From assembly GCA_964397435.1 (NCBI GenBank), contig CAYNHU010000002.1, forward strand, positions 17,423-81,422: a stretch of 64,000 bases of DNA, given 5' to 3'. The notes beneath the pieces are model-generated. The model was given only the letters and a program-made list of their open reading frames with translations, was not told where the DNA came from and did no database searches. This document shows positions 9,863-19,006 of this stretch, one piece after another. Each line of letters starts with the position of its first letter. The first letter of the stretch is position 1. The position numbers and the translations under genes were made by a program. This stretch comes from an uncultured Candidatus Saccharibacteria bacterium. GTDB taxonomy: Bacteria > Patescibacteriota > Minisyncoccia > Phycocordibacterales > UBA9973.

Positions 9863-11224
9863 CTATTTAAACATGATTCTTAACTGTTCGACCTCACTAA
9901 CTAATACTGGATCTGCTTTCATATCATTTTTAATCTTGTCGCATGAGTGAATTACTGTCGTATGATCCTTACCACCAAGTTTCTGGCCGATGAGTGGATA
10001 TGAAACATTGAATTCTTCACGAAGGATATACATAACCATCTGACGAGCCTTCACAATTTCCTTTCGGCGAGTCTTGTCATAGATAGAATTCTCCTCCACC
10101 CCATAGAAATCAGCAACAATCCTAACGACTTCTTTTGAAGAAATCTGTTTTTTAGGTTTTACACTGTTTTTAATGAGATTTTTTACTTCAGTAAGACTCA
10201 ATGCACGATTGCGAAGTTGAGTTTGCATGATAAGTGTATTGAGATTTCCTTCGAGTTCTCGGATATTACCTTCAACAGAAGCAGCGATGTACTCTAAAAC
10301 ACCTTCTTCAACAGCAATTCCCTTTTCTTTTATCTTTGAACGCAAAACAGCAATACGAGATTCATAGTCTGGTTCAATAACATCAACAATCATTCCCTGT
10401 GAGAAACGAGATCGAAGGCGATCTTCGAGACCAGGAATGAAGTTTGGATGTTTATCTGATGAGAAGACAATCTGTTTGTTTGCTTCATAGAATGAGTTAA
10501 AGAGATGGAAGAGTTCCTCTTGGCTTTTCTCCATTTTCCCAATGAACTGGATATCATCCATAATCAAAACATCATATTTTCTATACTTTTCCTTGAAAAC
10601 ATGTGGTTTATTGTTCTGTACAGAACTAATATAGTCCATAGCAAACTTCTCGAGGGTGATATAGTGGACGCGCTTTTCTGGGTATTTAGTTTTTACTGCG
10701 TTTCCGAGTGCTTGAATAAGGTGAGTTTTACCGAGACCAGTGTTTCCGTAAACAAAAAATGGATTGTATGCACGTCCTGGCTTGCTAATAATTGCCTGTG
10801 CAGCTGCATATGCAAGTTCATTAAAAGGGCCAACAATAAAAGTATCGTACGTGTATTTAGGATTGAGGTTGTCATCCTTGTTGATGGGTGTTTCTGTGAG
10901 AGGAAGTTCTGCGGGAGCGTCTTGTTTGTGAGGCGCGAGAGCTTCAGCTTGTTTCTGAATGCGCATTTCAGGCTTCATGATCATGTATTCGACAGTACGA
11001 ATATGATCAGCTATTCCCATGAGAGATTTAAGGATGAGTTTATGATATTTTTGGATGAGCCAGTCTTTAACAAACTCATTAGGTACACCAACAAACACTA
11101 CCCCGTCTTCTTCGCGGATAACTGCTGTATTTTTAAACCAAGTATTAAAGTTGGCCTTTGAGACTTCAACCTCAATATCCTTTAAACAACGTGACCAAAG
11201 TTCGCGTGTATCAGTTATCTCCAT
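9863..11224 (-). CDS. dnaA: chromosomal replication initiator protein DnaA
   Basis: AAA+ Walker A motif GNTGLGKTHL, Walker B motif LIMDDIQF, and C-terminal DnaA-box-binding HTH. Length is 453 aa. Confidence 0.95.
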   Translation of the reverse strand: MEITDTRELWSRCLKDIEVEVSKANFNTWFKNTAVIREEDGVVFVGVPNEFVKDWLIQKYHKLILKSLMGIADHIRTVEYMIMKPEMRIQKQAEALAPHKQDAPAELPLTETPINKDDNLNPKYTYDTFIVGPFNELAYAAAQAIISKPGRAYNPFFVYGNTGLGKTHLIQALGNAVKTKYPEKRVHYITLEKFAMDYISSVQNNKPHVFKEKYRKYDVLIMDDIQFIGKMEKSQEELFHLFNSFYEANKQIVFSSDKHPNFIPGLEDRLRSRFSQGMIVDVIEPDYESRIAVLRSKIKEKGIAVEEGVLEYIAASVEGNIRELEGNLNTLIMQTQLRNRALSLTEVKNLIKNSVKPKKQISSKEVVRIVADFYGVEENSIYDKTRRKEIVKARQMVMYILREEFNVSYPLIGQKLGGKDHTTVIHSCDKIKNDMKADPVLVSEVEQLRIMFK

Positions 11225-11285
11225 AGTGGTCGTATTATATCCCAGAGTTGTAACTCATGGTACTTTACACAACCTGTGAATAATG

Positions 11286-11303
11286 TGTGGATATTGTGGA
11301 TAT
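11286..11303. promoter_or_regulatory. two tandem DnaA boxes (TGTGGATAT TGTGGATAT) upstream of dnaA
   Basis: Two abutting 8/9 matches to TGTGGATAA in the yidD-dnaA intergenic spacer. Confidence 0.5.
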
Positions 11304-11306
11304 CCC

Positions 11307-11546
11307 CTATTTGAGCGGATCGTAATGTTCCCGCTGCCATGGGTGGCAACGAGACAATCTTTTTACTCCAAACACCATGCCTCGTATAACACCATATTTC
11401 TCAATCGCCTGCTTTGTGTACTCAGAACAAGTTGGTGTGAAAACGCACACGTTACCACGAACTAAACCAAGCTTTTTAGGTAAGCCTTGGTCTGGAGAAA
11501 GATACTTTTGATAGAAGGAAATCAAGTAAATAAATGCTTTTTTCAT
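11307..11546 (-). CDS. yidD: membrane protein insertion efficiency factor YidD
   Basis: 79 aa protein with conserved YidD cysteines (NVCVFTPTCSEY). Sits in the rnpA-yidD context. Confidence 0.85.
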   Translation of the reverse strand: MKKAFIYLISFYQKYLSPDQGLPKKLGLVRGNVCVFTPTCSEYTKQAIEKYGVIRGMVFGVKRLSRCHPWQREHYDPLK

Positions 11547-11558
11547 AGTTTTAGGGAT

Positions 11559-11885
11559 TTATTTACTGAAAAACGAGGTAATAATTGCTTCTCGTTGCAC
11601 TGGTTCGAGGTTTAGAGCCGTTCCTTTAAGGACTAAAGCATAGGTTCCGCCTTGAAAAACAAGGCTTTTTTGGACTTTTTGAATCGTAGTGTACCACTTT
11701 CGTCGAGTGGAATTTCTCAAAAACGCTGTTTTTGCAACGTTTTTTGGGACAATTACTGAAATACGAGCCTTTTCGAGCGGGTTTTTGCTATAACGAGCAA
11801 CAAAAAAAGGCGTTCCGGTCGTTTTACCACCTGTGAATAATTTGGTGATGTCTCGGCCAGAAAGCCTTTTTTGTTTTGAAATCAT
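11559..11885 (-). CDS. rnpA: ribonuclease P protein component
   Basis: Basic about 108 aa protein directly downstream of rpmH. Start chosen at MISKQKRLS because the longer ORF would overlap rpmH. Confidence 0.8.
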   Translation of the reverse strand: MISKQKRLSGRDITKLFTGGKTTGTPFFVARYSKNPLEKARISVIVPKNVAKTAFLRNSTRRKWYTTIQKVQKSLVFQGGTYALVLKGTALNLEPVQREAIITSFFSK

Positions 11886-11895
11886 AGTTTTATGG

Positions 11896-12030
11896 TTAAA
11901 CAGTGAGTTTAGCGCGGCCTTTTCGGCGGCGGCGTGCGACAACCTTCTTTCCTGAAGTAGTTGCTTTTCGAGCGAGAAAACCGTGTGTCGTTGCGCGCTT
12001 TTTCTTTTTTGGCTTATACGTGAATGACAT
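11896..12030 (-). CDS. rpmH: 50S ribosomal protein L34
   Basis: 44 aa [44 protein letters not shown] matches the L34 consensus. It is the internal start of the listed 70 aa ORF. Confidence 0.9.
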   Translation of the reverse strand: MSFTYKPKKKKRATTHGFLARKATTSGKKVVARRRRKGRAKLTV

Positions 12031-12037
12031 GGGGCTT

Positions 12038-12066
12038 ATAATAGAACATTTTATGAATAATTGCAA
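12038..12066 (-). promoter_or_regulatory. sigma70-type promoter for rpmH (TTGCAA -35, 17 bp spacer, TATTAT -10 on minus strand)
   Basis: Motif GAAAAAGTAGGGTCTTGCAA-N17-TATTAT lies about 8 bp before the rpmH ATG. The same architecture precedes rpsO. Confidence 0.45.
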
Positions 12067-12081
12067 GACCCTACTTTTTCT

Positions 12082-12109
12082 TTGAAAACTGAGGGGTTTC
12101 AGGTACAAT
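12082..12109 (+). promoter_or_regulatory. promoter for yidC (TTGAAA -35, 16 bp spacer, TACAAT -10), near-leaderless
   Basis: The -10 element ends 6 bp before the yidC ATG at 12116. Confidence 0.4.
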
Positions 12110-12115
12110 GGCGCT

Positions 12116-12844
12116 ATGCATTATCTATGGACTGTCGGGCTCTATCAGCCACTTTATAATCTCCTTATTTTGATCACTAATATGATTCCCGGCGGAGATC
12201 TTGGAATCGCAATTATTATTCTTACTATTCTTGTTAAACTAGCCCTCTATCCCCTTACCAAGAAATCAATTGAGGGTCAGGTTGCTATGGCACAGCTTCA
12301 GCCAGAACTTGAACGGATTAAAAAAGAATTTCCAGACCAACAAGAACAAGCTCGCCGCACTATGGAGCTCTACAAAGAGCAGAAAACAAGTCCATTTTCA
12401 GGATGTTTGGTTATGCTCATTCAACTTCCAATCATCTTTGCTCTCTATTACGTATTCTTGTATGGATTCTCAGATACTTCACTCCTCTACTCGTTCGTCG
12501 CTAATCCAGGAACACTCAATATGCACTTCTTTGGATTCCTTGATATTTCAAAGCCACACCTTGCCCTCGCTATCCTTGCTGGCGTCTCACAATTTGTCCA
12601 GATGAAAGTTTCATTTAGTAAACAAACAGCTACTGGTTCTGGTGCTGCTCACGACATGACAAAAATGATGCAAACACAGATGGTGTACATCCTCCCAATC
12701 ATAATTGTCTTCATTGGTACAAAGCTTTCTGGGGCAGTTGCACTTTATTGGATTACCAGTAATATAGTTGGAGCGATTCAGGAATACTACATCCGCAAAA
12801 ATCTTGCACCAGTACACCTAACCGCCCAAGCAATAACCAAATAA
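12116..12844 (+). CDS. yidC: membrane protein insertase YidC, short Oxa1-like form
   Basis: 242 aa polytopic protein with YidC-core helices ([16 protein letters not shown]...) and a charged loop. jag lies downstream. Confidence 0.9.
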   Translation: MHYLWTVGLYQPLYNLLILITNMIPGGDLGIAIIILTILVKLALYPLTKKSIEGQVAMAQLQPELERIKKEFPDQQEQARRTMELYKEQKTSPFSGCLVMLIQLPIIFALYYVFLYGFSDTSLLYSFVANPGTLNMHFFGFLDISKPHLALAILAGVSQFVQMKVSFSKQTATGSGAAHDMTKMMQTQMVYILPIIIVFIGTKLSGAVALYWITSNIVGAIQEYYIRKNLAPVHLTAQAITK

Positions 12845-12851
12845 TAGGCTT

Positions 12852-13343
12852 ATGCAAACAACACAGATAGAAAACATCATTACAAGTTTTTTTAAAGAGT
12901 CGGGTATCCATTCCGGAGATATTTCCTTTGTATATGATGAAGATACCAAAACTATCTGGTGTGGCATCTCAACGGCAGACGGGCGATTATTGACTGGTAA
13001 AAACGGAGAAACACTCTCAGCAATTAACCACCTTGTTCGCAAGATTATCGAAAAGGCACTTGGTATCACCGAGGAAAATAAACAGTCACTCTGGAATGTC
13101 GTTGTTGATATTAACGGATTTCAAAAGAAACGAGTTGATAGTATCAAAACAATTGCTCACATGATGGCTGAACGTGCGCGATTCTTTAAATCAAGTATTG
13201 AGGTTGATCCAATGACACCATTTGAACGCCGCATTGTTCACGAATATCTTTCAACAATGCCTGACCTTAAAACAGAATCAGCCGGCGAAGGATCAAAGCG
13301 ACACGTTGTCATTAAATACGTTGGAACAAATCAAACAATCTAG
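12852..13343 (+). CDS. jag: Jag/KhpB RNA-binding protein (KH + R3H domains)
   Basis: C-terminal R3H motif FERRIVHEYL and yidC-jag synteny. Confidence 0.85.
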   Translation: MQTTQIENIITSFFKESGIHSGDISFVYDEDTKTIWCGISTADGRLLTGKNGETLSAINHLVRKIIEKALGITEENKQSLWNVVVDINGFQKKRVDSIKTIAHMMAERARFFKSSIEVDPMTPFERRIVHEYLSTMPDLKTESAGEGSKRHVVIKYVGTNQTI

Positions 13344-13350
13344 CTATACA

Positions 13351-13388
13351 AAAACAAAAACCACCTCATGGGTGGTTTTTGTTTTTGT
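13351..13388. terminator. bidirectional rho-independent terminator (CCACCTCATGGGTGG with A-run before and T-run after)
   Basis: Hairpin flanked by A and T tracts between convergent jag and the 540 aa gene. Confidence 0.6.
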
Positions 13389-13393
13389 ATCAG

Positions 13394-15016
13394 TTAGATA
13401 ACTTTTTCTGGTTCAGGAGCGAGATTGTATTGCCAGAGTGTATTAGTGTCTCGGTTGATGTAGTAGAGATATTGTCCTTGTTCATCAACCATGAGTCGGA
13501 TACCATCAGCTGATTCTGCCCCTTCTGAGAGTGGGTTGAACAGATAAGTGTTTCCGTATGTTCCAGTGATATCTATTTGCCAGAATGAATCAGAGAAGTT
13601 CACTGTTCCTTGGTACCAGTCATCAGGATAGCTATTTGAGGCCGAGAGGGCGTTTGGTACTGCGCAATATATGAACGTACTATTCTTTGCCCAAGCACAC
13701 TTTTCTGGAAGTCCATACAAATTAAGATTTTTAATTTGTTTCGTTTCCATTGATTGAAGTCCAAGCGCTGGGCCATTTGTTGTATTACGACTGATGAGGA
13801 GATATTTTCCATCTGGACTCATGAGTGTGGTAAGCGCTGTGATTGGTCCAGATACTTTTGTGAAGTCGTTTTTGGTTAGGTCTGTTGTGTATGCGTAACC
13901 AGTTGCGTATGCAGTTGCCTTGATGGTAAAGATGAGTTTTGTTGGTGTTGCCCACTGAGAGAGCCAACCAAAGAATTGTGACGAGAAAACTTTTTTCTGA
14001 TTCTTGCCATCAATATCACTTATGAAACCCGATAGTGCCCTCTCGTTTGGTATGAGGTAGAGAATTTGTTTACCATCTGGTGACACAACAAGATCGCTGA
14101 TATTTTTGGGCATTTCTGATACCGCTAACTCAGGAAGACCATCACCACCCACGATTGGTTCTGTTATTTTACCAAGGAGTGTGGTGATTGTTTGGTTATC
14201 AGCAGCAAGACTTCGGAGGAATACAGACTGTCCATTTTCTGCAAACCAAGCTTCTTTTGTGCGAGGAATGGTTGTGTCAGAAAGTCGAGTAGCTTGGAGT
14301 GTGTCTGAGAACGCATCAAAGATGTTACTTGTGCCTTGAACTGCGTAGCGGATAACTTCGCGGAGTACTGTTTCTGGTGCATCAACTGGTAATGTACAAC
14401 TAAACCCAGCAGTGATTTTCTTTCGAGTAATCTCATCAAACTGTCCGTTGCCTTTTGTAAGATATCGAGGTTTGAGAAGTTCGTCAGCAAACAGTTCTTG
14501 GAATTTTGTTACTGCTTGTGTTGTTGTTGGGCCATAGAGAGTACCCTCTTTGCCCGGTGAGCCTGATCCTGTTTTTGCAACTTGAGTTGCTGGGCACTGA
14601 TTCAAAACTTTTTGAAGTTCCGTAACATCTTTTCCTGTGTCGCCAGCTTTGAGATCTTTGGTGAAAATGTAGCTTGTTGTAATGTTGAGTACTTTTGGTT
14701 CAGGAATTGAGTTCGGATCAGTTGGCACACGTTTAGTTGTGAGCGTATAGCCGACGACAGGGTCAAGACTTACTTTGCGGAGACGAGGAATTTTTGTTGG
14801 AGTTTCTCCACCTGTTCCCTGCTGGCCACCTGTCCCACCAGGTTGTTGTCCCTGATTGTTTGACGGGCTTCCTGGGCCGAATGGAAATAGGTCTTTGATA
14901 GTTACAGGCTCACCAGGGTTTTTGTTTTGTGCATTACGATAGGCAAAAAATCCGAGAATGAAAATTCCGAGTAGTACAAGTGCTATAACGATGATGATAA
15001 AAGTTTTTCTCGACAT
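13394..15016 (-). CDS. membrane-anchored protein with putative peptidoglycan-binding domain and C-terminal TolB-like beta-propeller repeats
   Basis: N-terminal TM, then a G/Q/P-rich linker. PG_binding_1-like motif LKAGDTGKDVTELQKVLNQ...TQAVTKFQELF. Repeated SPDGK motifs typical of WD40/TolB-like blades. Last gene of the T4SS-like operon. Confidence 0.6.
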   Translation of the reverse strand: MSRKTFIIIVIALVLLGIFILGFFAYRNAQNKNPGEPVTIKDLFPFGPGSPSNNQGQQPGGTGGQQGTGGETPTKIPRLRKVSLDPVVGYTLTTKRVPTDPNSIPEPKVLNITTSYIFTKDLKAGDTGKDVTELQKVLNQCPATQVAKTGSGSPGKEGTLYGPTTTQAVTKFQELFADELLKPRYLTKGNGQFDEITRKKITAGFSCTLPVDAPETVLREVIRYAVQGTSNIFDAFSDTLQATRLSDTTIPRTKEAWFAENGQSVFLRSLAADNQTITTLLGKITEPIVGGDGLPELAVSEMPKNISDLVVSPDGKQILYLIPNERALSGFISDIDGKNQKKVFSSQFFGWLSQWATPTKLIFTIKATAYATGYAYTTDLTKNDFTKVSGPITALTTLMSPDGKYLLISRNTTNGPALGLQSMETKQIKNLNLYGLPEKCAWAKNSTFIYCAVPNALSASNSYPDDWYQGTVNFSDSFWQIDITGTYGNTYLFNPLSEGAESADGIRLMVDEQGQYLYYINRDTNTLWQYNLAPEPEKVI

Positions 15017-15024
15017 AGGTTTTT

Positions 15025-16083
15025 TTACCAGTGAGCAACATGCCAGTGGTTACTTTCACGAATAAAGACTGCTGTACCGATAGTATATTGGCCAGCTTGA
15101 CCGCTTGGACAGCCGTCACCTGATTGACCTGTAATCCAGTCAACACATTTTTTTGTTGCCAATCCTTTGATGTAGCTATCAAGTGACGGTGTTCCGTTAG
15201 GAGAAAGGTCTACTTTACCACTTCCGATTTGGTGTGAACTGTGGAGCCAGCATTCTGTGCCGCCTGTCAGTGTGAGTTTACAAGTAGCGCTTTCTTTACA
15301 CACATCTTTTCGGAGATCTGCAAGAGACGAAACAGTTAATGCCCCAAGTTTATACACTGTAGTGCAGTCTGATTGTCCAACAGTTGCGCAGTTACTTTTA
15401 TTTACAAGTACACCAACTTCTTCGAGTTTACGACGGTAGTCTGCGTCATTGTCATTGATTTTTGAAAGCCCTCCCCAATTTTGACCGGTATTAAGCGCAA
15501 TTCCGTCCTCTGCTACTGCATTAACACTTGTTTGATCGCAGTTAGTCGTAACAGTTACATTTTGTCCGTTGATTGTTGTTGAGCGGTTCTTTGTTGGAGC
15601 TGGAAGTTCGTCTGTTCCACTAACTTGAACTGAGATACCCTTAGGTGGGTCGACACGAATATCAAGCAGACTTGGGTTGATTGTATTTAGAATAATCCAC
15701 GAGAATAACGCGAGGATGACACCGAAAATTGAGTTACTAATCATTTCTTTACCACCCTCTTTCTTTGAGACGGCGTCAGTTGTCATATACTGGACACCAC
15801 CAATAACGATCATAACTACACCAAGGCCACCAATGATACTTATGAAAATTTTAATAGCAAGGTTGATATAGTCAGCAATGTTTGTTTTAGCAGGATCATA
15901 TTTGTCGTAGACTTGTCCATCACCGAGTGGGATTGGTTCAAGTAAACAGTACTGTCCTGAATCTGTGTCTTCAGTACACACCGCTTGAGCCGGTGTTGGA
16001 AGTGTTGTAATGGCAAAAGTCCCCAAAGCAATAATACTTAGAAAACCAAGAGTTACGAAAATGTTTGAAAAATACGTTCGCAT
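15025..16083 (-). CDS. VirB2/TrbC-like pilin-type protein with about 200 aa Cys-rich C-terminal extension
   Basis: Signal peptide, then two hydrophobic helices (KIFISIIGGLGVVMIVIGGV and IFGVILALFSWIILNTI) separated by a short charged loop, as in T4SS pilins. The C-terminal domain has 10 Cys. Only 2 bp separate it from the upstream gene. Confidence 0.4.
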   Translation of the reverse strand: MRTYFSNIFVTLGFLSIIALGTFAITTLPTPAQAVCTEDTDSGQYCLLEPIPLGDGQVYDKYDPAKTNIADYINLAIKIFISIIGGLGVVMIVIGGVQYMTTDAVSKKEGGKEMISNSIFGVILALFSWIILNTINPSLLDIRVDPPKGISVQVSGTDELPAPTKNRSTTINGQNVTVTTNCDQTSVNAVAEDGIALNTGQNWGGLSKINDNDADYRRKLEEVGVLVNKSNCATVGQSDCTTVYKLGALTVSSLADLRKDVCKESATCKLTLTGGTECWLHSSHQIGSGKVDLSPNGTPSLDSYIKGLATKKCVDWITGQSGDGCPSGQAGQYTIGTAVFIRESNHWHVAHW

Positions 16084-16085
16084 AA

Positions 16086-17144
16086 TTATCTAAGATTAAT
16101 AGTAATATTTTTTTCTGCTTCAAGGAAGAGCTTTATAACATTCTCAACGCGTACAGTAAGTTTTGAGATTCCTTTTGATGCACCGCTTTTGAGTGTGAGC
16201 ATATTTGAAATACTTGGTGTTGGGATCGCATCATCGTTGATACTCCAGATGTATTTGAGTTGGTTTGAGAGTGGATTGTCTGGTGAGAAGAAGTATGGAA
16301 TTGCGAGAATCGTTTTTTCTGCATCACTTACATCATATGCTGCGCCAAGTTCGTGTGCCCAGTCGATACCGTTAATTGGGTCACGAGCGTACAACAATAT
16401 TTTTGGTTTAAAGACAGGCACGATAACTGTTCCTCGAGCAGTTGCCCCTGAAGTATTGTCTTGGCTGGTTACTTCAATCTGTTCCTGTTCATTGAGGTAA
16501 CTCTGTTGAAAGATAAGAGCGCTTTTGTTGAATCCAGAACTTTCTGTCTCAACAAGGTCATTGCGAACCCAGCGGAAGACATAATTATTGATATTTGCTG
16601 TAGTTCCTGAGCTGTTGATCTGTGGAATTGCTACAACACGAATGTAGCCTTCTGATGTTGGAAGTGCTCGTCCTCGATAAAATGGTGGTGTGTATGAGTC
16701 AGCTCCTTCCCAGATCAAATTTGATTCTGAAGGATTAAACACCATTCGTTTCTGAAGGGTTTCGCCTGAAGATAATGCCATTGCAATATCGATAGTTGTT
16801 TTCTGACCAATGTCCCCTGTGGTGAACGTAAACACATCCGCTCCTGTCGCTGAGAGTTCTGTTTTACCGTCTTTTTTCCAAACAAAAAACGCACGATTCA
16901 CATCAGTTAAGTAACTGTTTACAGTAATCGTGACGTCTTGGAATGCACCAGGGACTTCTGGTGACGCTGAAAATGAGATATCTTGAAGGTTAATCTGAGC
17001 AGCTTCTTGTGGAGTTGATTGAGCGTAGGCTCCTGATGACAAAATACCACCCGTTGCGAGAACGAACGCAAGTGCGAATGCATATACTATCGTACGAGGA
17101 AAACCTTTCACTCTTCTAGTATACCATGCAAAATGGCAATACAA
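16086..17144 (-). CDS. secreted hypothetical protein (signal peptide, 352 aa)
   Basis: N-terminal hydrophobic signal ending ...SGAYAQ. Tightly packed in the operon. Confidence 0.55.
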   Translation of the reverse strand: MYCHFAWYTRRVKGFPRTIVYAFALAFVLATGGILSSGAYAQSTPQEAAQINLQDISFSASPEVPGAFQDVTITVNSYLTDVNRAFFVWKKDGKTELSATGADVFTFTTGDIGQKTTIDIAMALSSGETLQKRMVFNPSESNLIWEGADSYTPPFYRGRALPTSEGYIRVVAIPQINSSGTTANINNYVFRWVRNDLVETESSGFNKSALIFQQSYLNEQEQIEVTSQDNTSGATARGTVIVPVFKPKILLYARDPINGIDWAHELGAAYDVSDAEKTILAIPYFFSPDNPLSNQLKYIWSINDDAIPTPSISNMLTLKSGASKGISKLTVRVENVIKLFLEAEKNITINLR

Positions 17145-17162
17145 GTATATTTTTGTGGGTTA

Positions 17163-19001
17163 TTAACGTCCTTGACTCTTTTCGAGGTCCTGCTTAGCCT
17201 TTTTGATTGCAAGGATTTGTGATGGATCAGATGTAACGATTTGTTCTTCGGTATATGAAGCGATAACTTTGATAGCAACGTGCTTAAGTCCAGCAAAGAA
17301 GATACCCTCACCTACCCCAGATTCCAAAAGGAGGTATTTTTCTTCGTCAGTTAGGTGGAATGTCTTTTGAAGGTTGTCGATTGAACTTGGTGACTGTTTA
17401 AGCAAGATTTGAATGGCTGAGTTTGTCACAATTGGAACACCATACTGGCTTTTCATAAAGTCGTCGATGTTTTGGGTAATAGTTGCCAAACCAAGGTAGT
17501 ATTTTCGTCCACGTTTTGCAATTCCAAACAAGAATGACGCTGTGTCTTCTGATTTCATCATAATCCACGCTTCGTCCACCACGAGCAAGCGCTTTTTGAG
17601 AGTTTTACGGACAGCAGTCCAGATATGGTGAGTAACGATGTACATGGCAACCGGCTTCAAGTCTTCTTCCATATCTCGGATTGAAAACACCACCAAACGC
17701 TTGTTGATATCAACGTTTGTTGGCTGGTTCAAGAATGTTGACCATGAACCTTTAGTGAATTTCTGAAGTCGCTGCAAGATTGATTCTGAGCCTTCCATGC
17801 CGGCAACAACCATTTCAAAGTCAGAAAGGAGTGGTGGCTCAACGTTTGCGAGGTCAGAGTCAGGTGTGATGTCTTTGAGAGCGTAGGTTTCTGTGATTGC
17901 ACGGTCAACGAGAGCATCTTCTTCTGGGCTTAAGCCGCCGAGCATGATGCGGAAGAGACCCACAAGTTCGATAACGTTACGGCGAATAACATCAGCCGTT
18001 GTTTCGTCAGCTGTTGGCATTGGCAAATCGAACGGGTTGATATGGTGGTCTGATGAAAGTGAAATGTTGAAGTAACGTCCCCCTACTGCTTCAGCAAGGT
18101 ATTCATATTCTCGTTCTGGGTCGATCACGATAACGTCAGTGTCGAACATCAATGTTCGCAAAATTTCGAGCTTGGTTGTAAATGATTTACCCGAACCAGA
18201 TGTTGCAATTGTTACTGAGTTGTAGTTTTCGAGTGAGAAACGATCAAAAATAATCAAACCAGAGTTATGGCGGTTAACCCCATACAAAATGCCTTTATCA
18301 GACGTAAGATCAAATGACACGAATGGAAAAAGGCTCGCGAGTGGTTCCGAGTTGAGTTTCTGGTGTACCCCGAGGAGGTCGTTGCCGATGGGAATAACAC
18401 TTTTGAAACCATCTTCTTGCTGGAAGAGTGCTGGTTTGATGTATACCAATTTTGATTCAAGAATAGATTTGATTTCGTTTTCTGTTTTGAACAGTTCCTG
18501 CTCGTTGTCTGCGTAGATAGTAATATACAAACCAACATCAAACATTTTTTGCTGTGCTTGCATCAAACTGTTACGCAAATTTTCAAGGTCATTCATCGCA
18601 GTATCAAGCATTGGATCACGAACAAGACCCTTACTCTCTCGAACATTAATCTGACTTTGTACTTCAGCTACTTTTTTCTGGAATTCACGGAGGATTTTTT
18701 CTGTTTCAATTGGATGAATGAAAATAGAAACATCAAAAATTTTATCGAGGTTGATGATTGGAGAAAACCAGTTGTCTGTCAAAAAGCGAGGATATGAGAT
18801 AACAAAAAATGTTCGAGCAATTTTGTCGCCAAGGTTAATTGATTTTGGTTCGATTTTGAGCGCTGATGGAGCAATAATATCTCGGAATTCAAGTGTTGCT
18901 GCTTCGTAGATTTCAGAAGGAAGCACAGGAAGAATACCACTCGCTGTTTGCGTCTGGCTGGTAGCTGTCTTTTTCCCAAATAATGAATCAAAGAATCCCA
19001 T
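17163..19001 (-). CDS. virB4: VirB4/TrbE/CagE-family type IV secretion ATPase
   Basis: Walker A motif IATSGSGKSF, Walker B motif LLVVDEAW, and TQ sensor motif ITQNIDDF. Length is 612 aa with no TM segment. Confidence 0.8.
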   Translation of the reverse strand: MGFFDSLFGKKTATSQTQTASGILPVLPSEIYEAATLEFRDIIAPSALKIEPKSINLGDKIARTFFVISYPRFLTDNWFSPIINLDKIFDVSIFIHPIETEKILREFQKKVAEVQSQINVRESKGLVRDPMLDTAMNDLENLRNSLMQAQQKMFDVGLYITIYADNEQELFKTENEIKSILESKLVYIKPALFQQEDGFKSVIPIGNDLLGVHQKLNSEPLASLFPFVSFDLTSDKGILYGVNRHNSGLIIFDRFSLENYNSVTIATSGSGKSFTTKLEILRTLMFDTDVIVIDPEREYEYLAEAVGGRYFNISLSSDHHINPFDLPMPTADETTADVIRRNVIELVGLFRIMLGGLSPEEDALVDRAITETYALKDITPDSDLANVEPPLLSDFEMVVAGMEGSESILQRLQKFTKGSWSTFLNQPTNVDINKRLVVFSIRDMEEDLKPVAMYIVTHHIWTAVRKTLKKRLLVVDEAWIMMKSEDTASFLFGIAKRGRKYYLGLATITQNIDDFMKSQYGVPIVTNSAIQILLKQSPSSIDNLQKTFHLTDEEKYLLLESGVGEGIFFAGLKHVAIKVIASYTEEQIVTSDPSQILAIKKAKQDLEKSQGR

Positions 19002-19006
19002 ACAAA

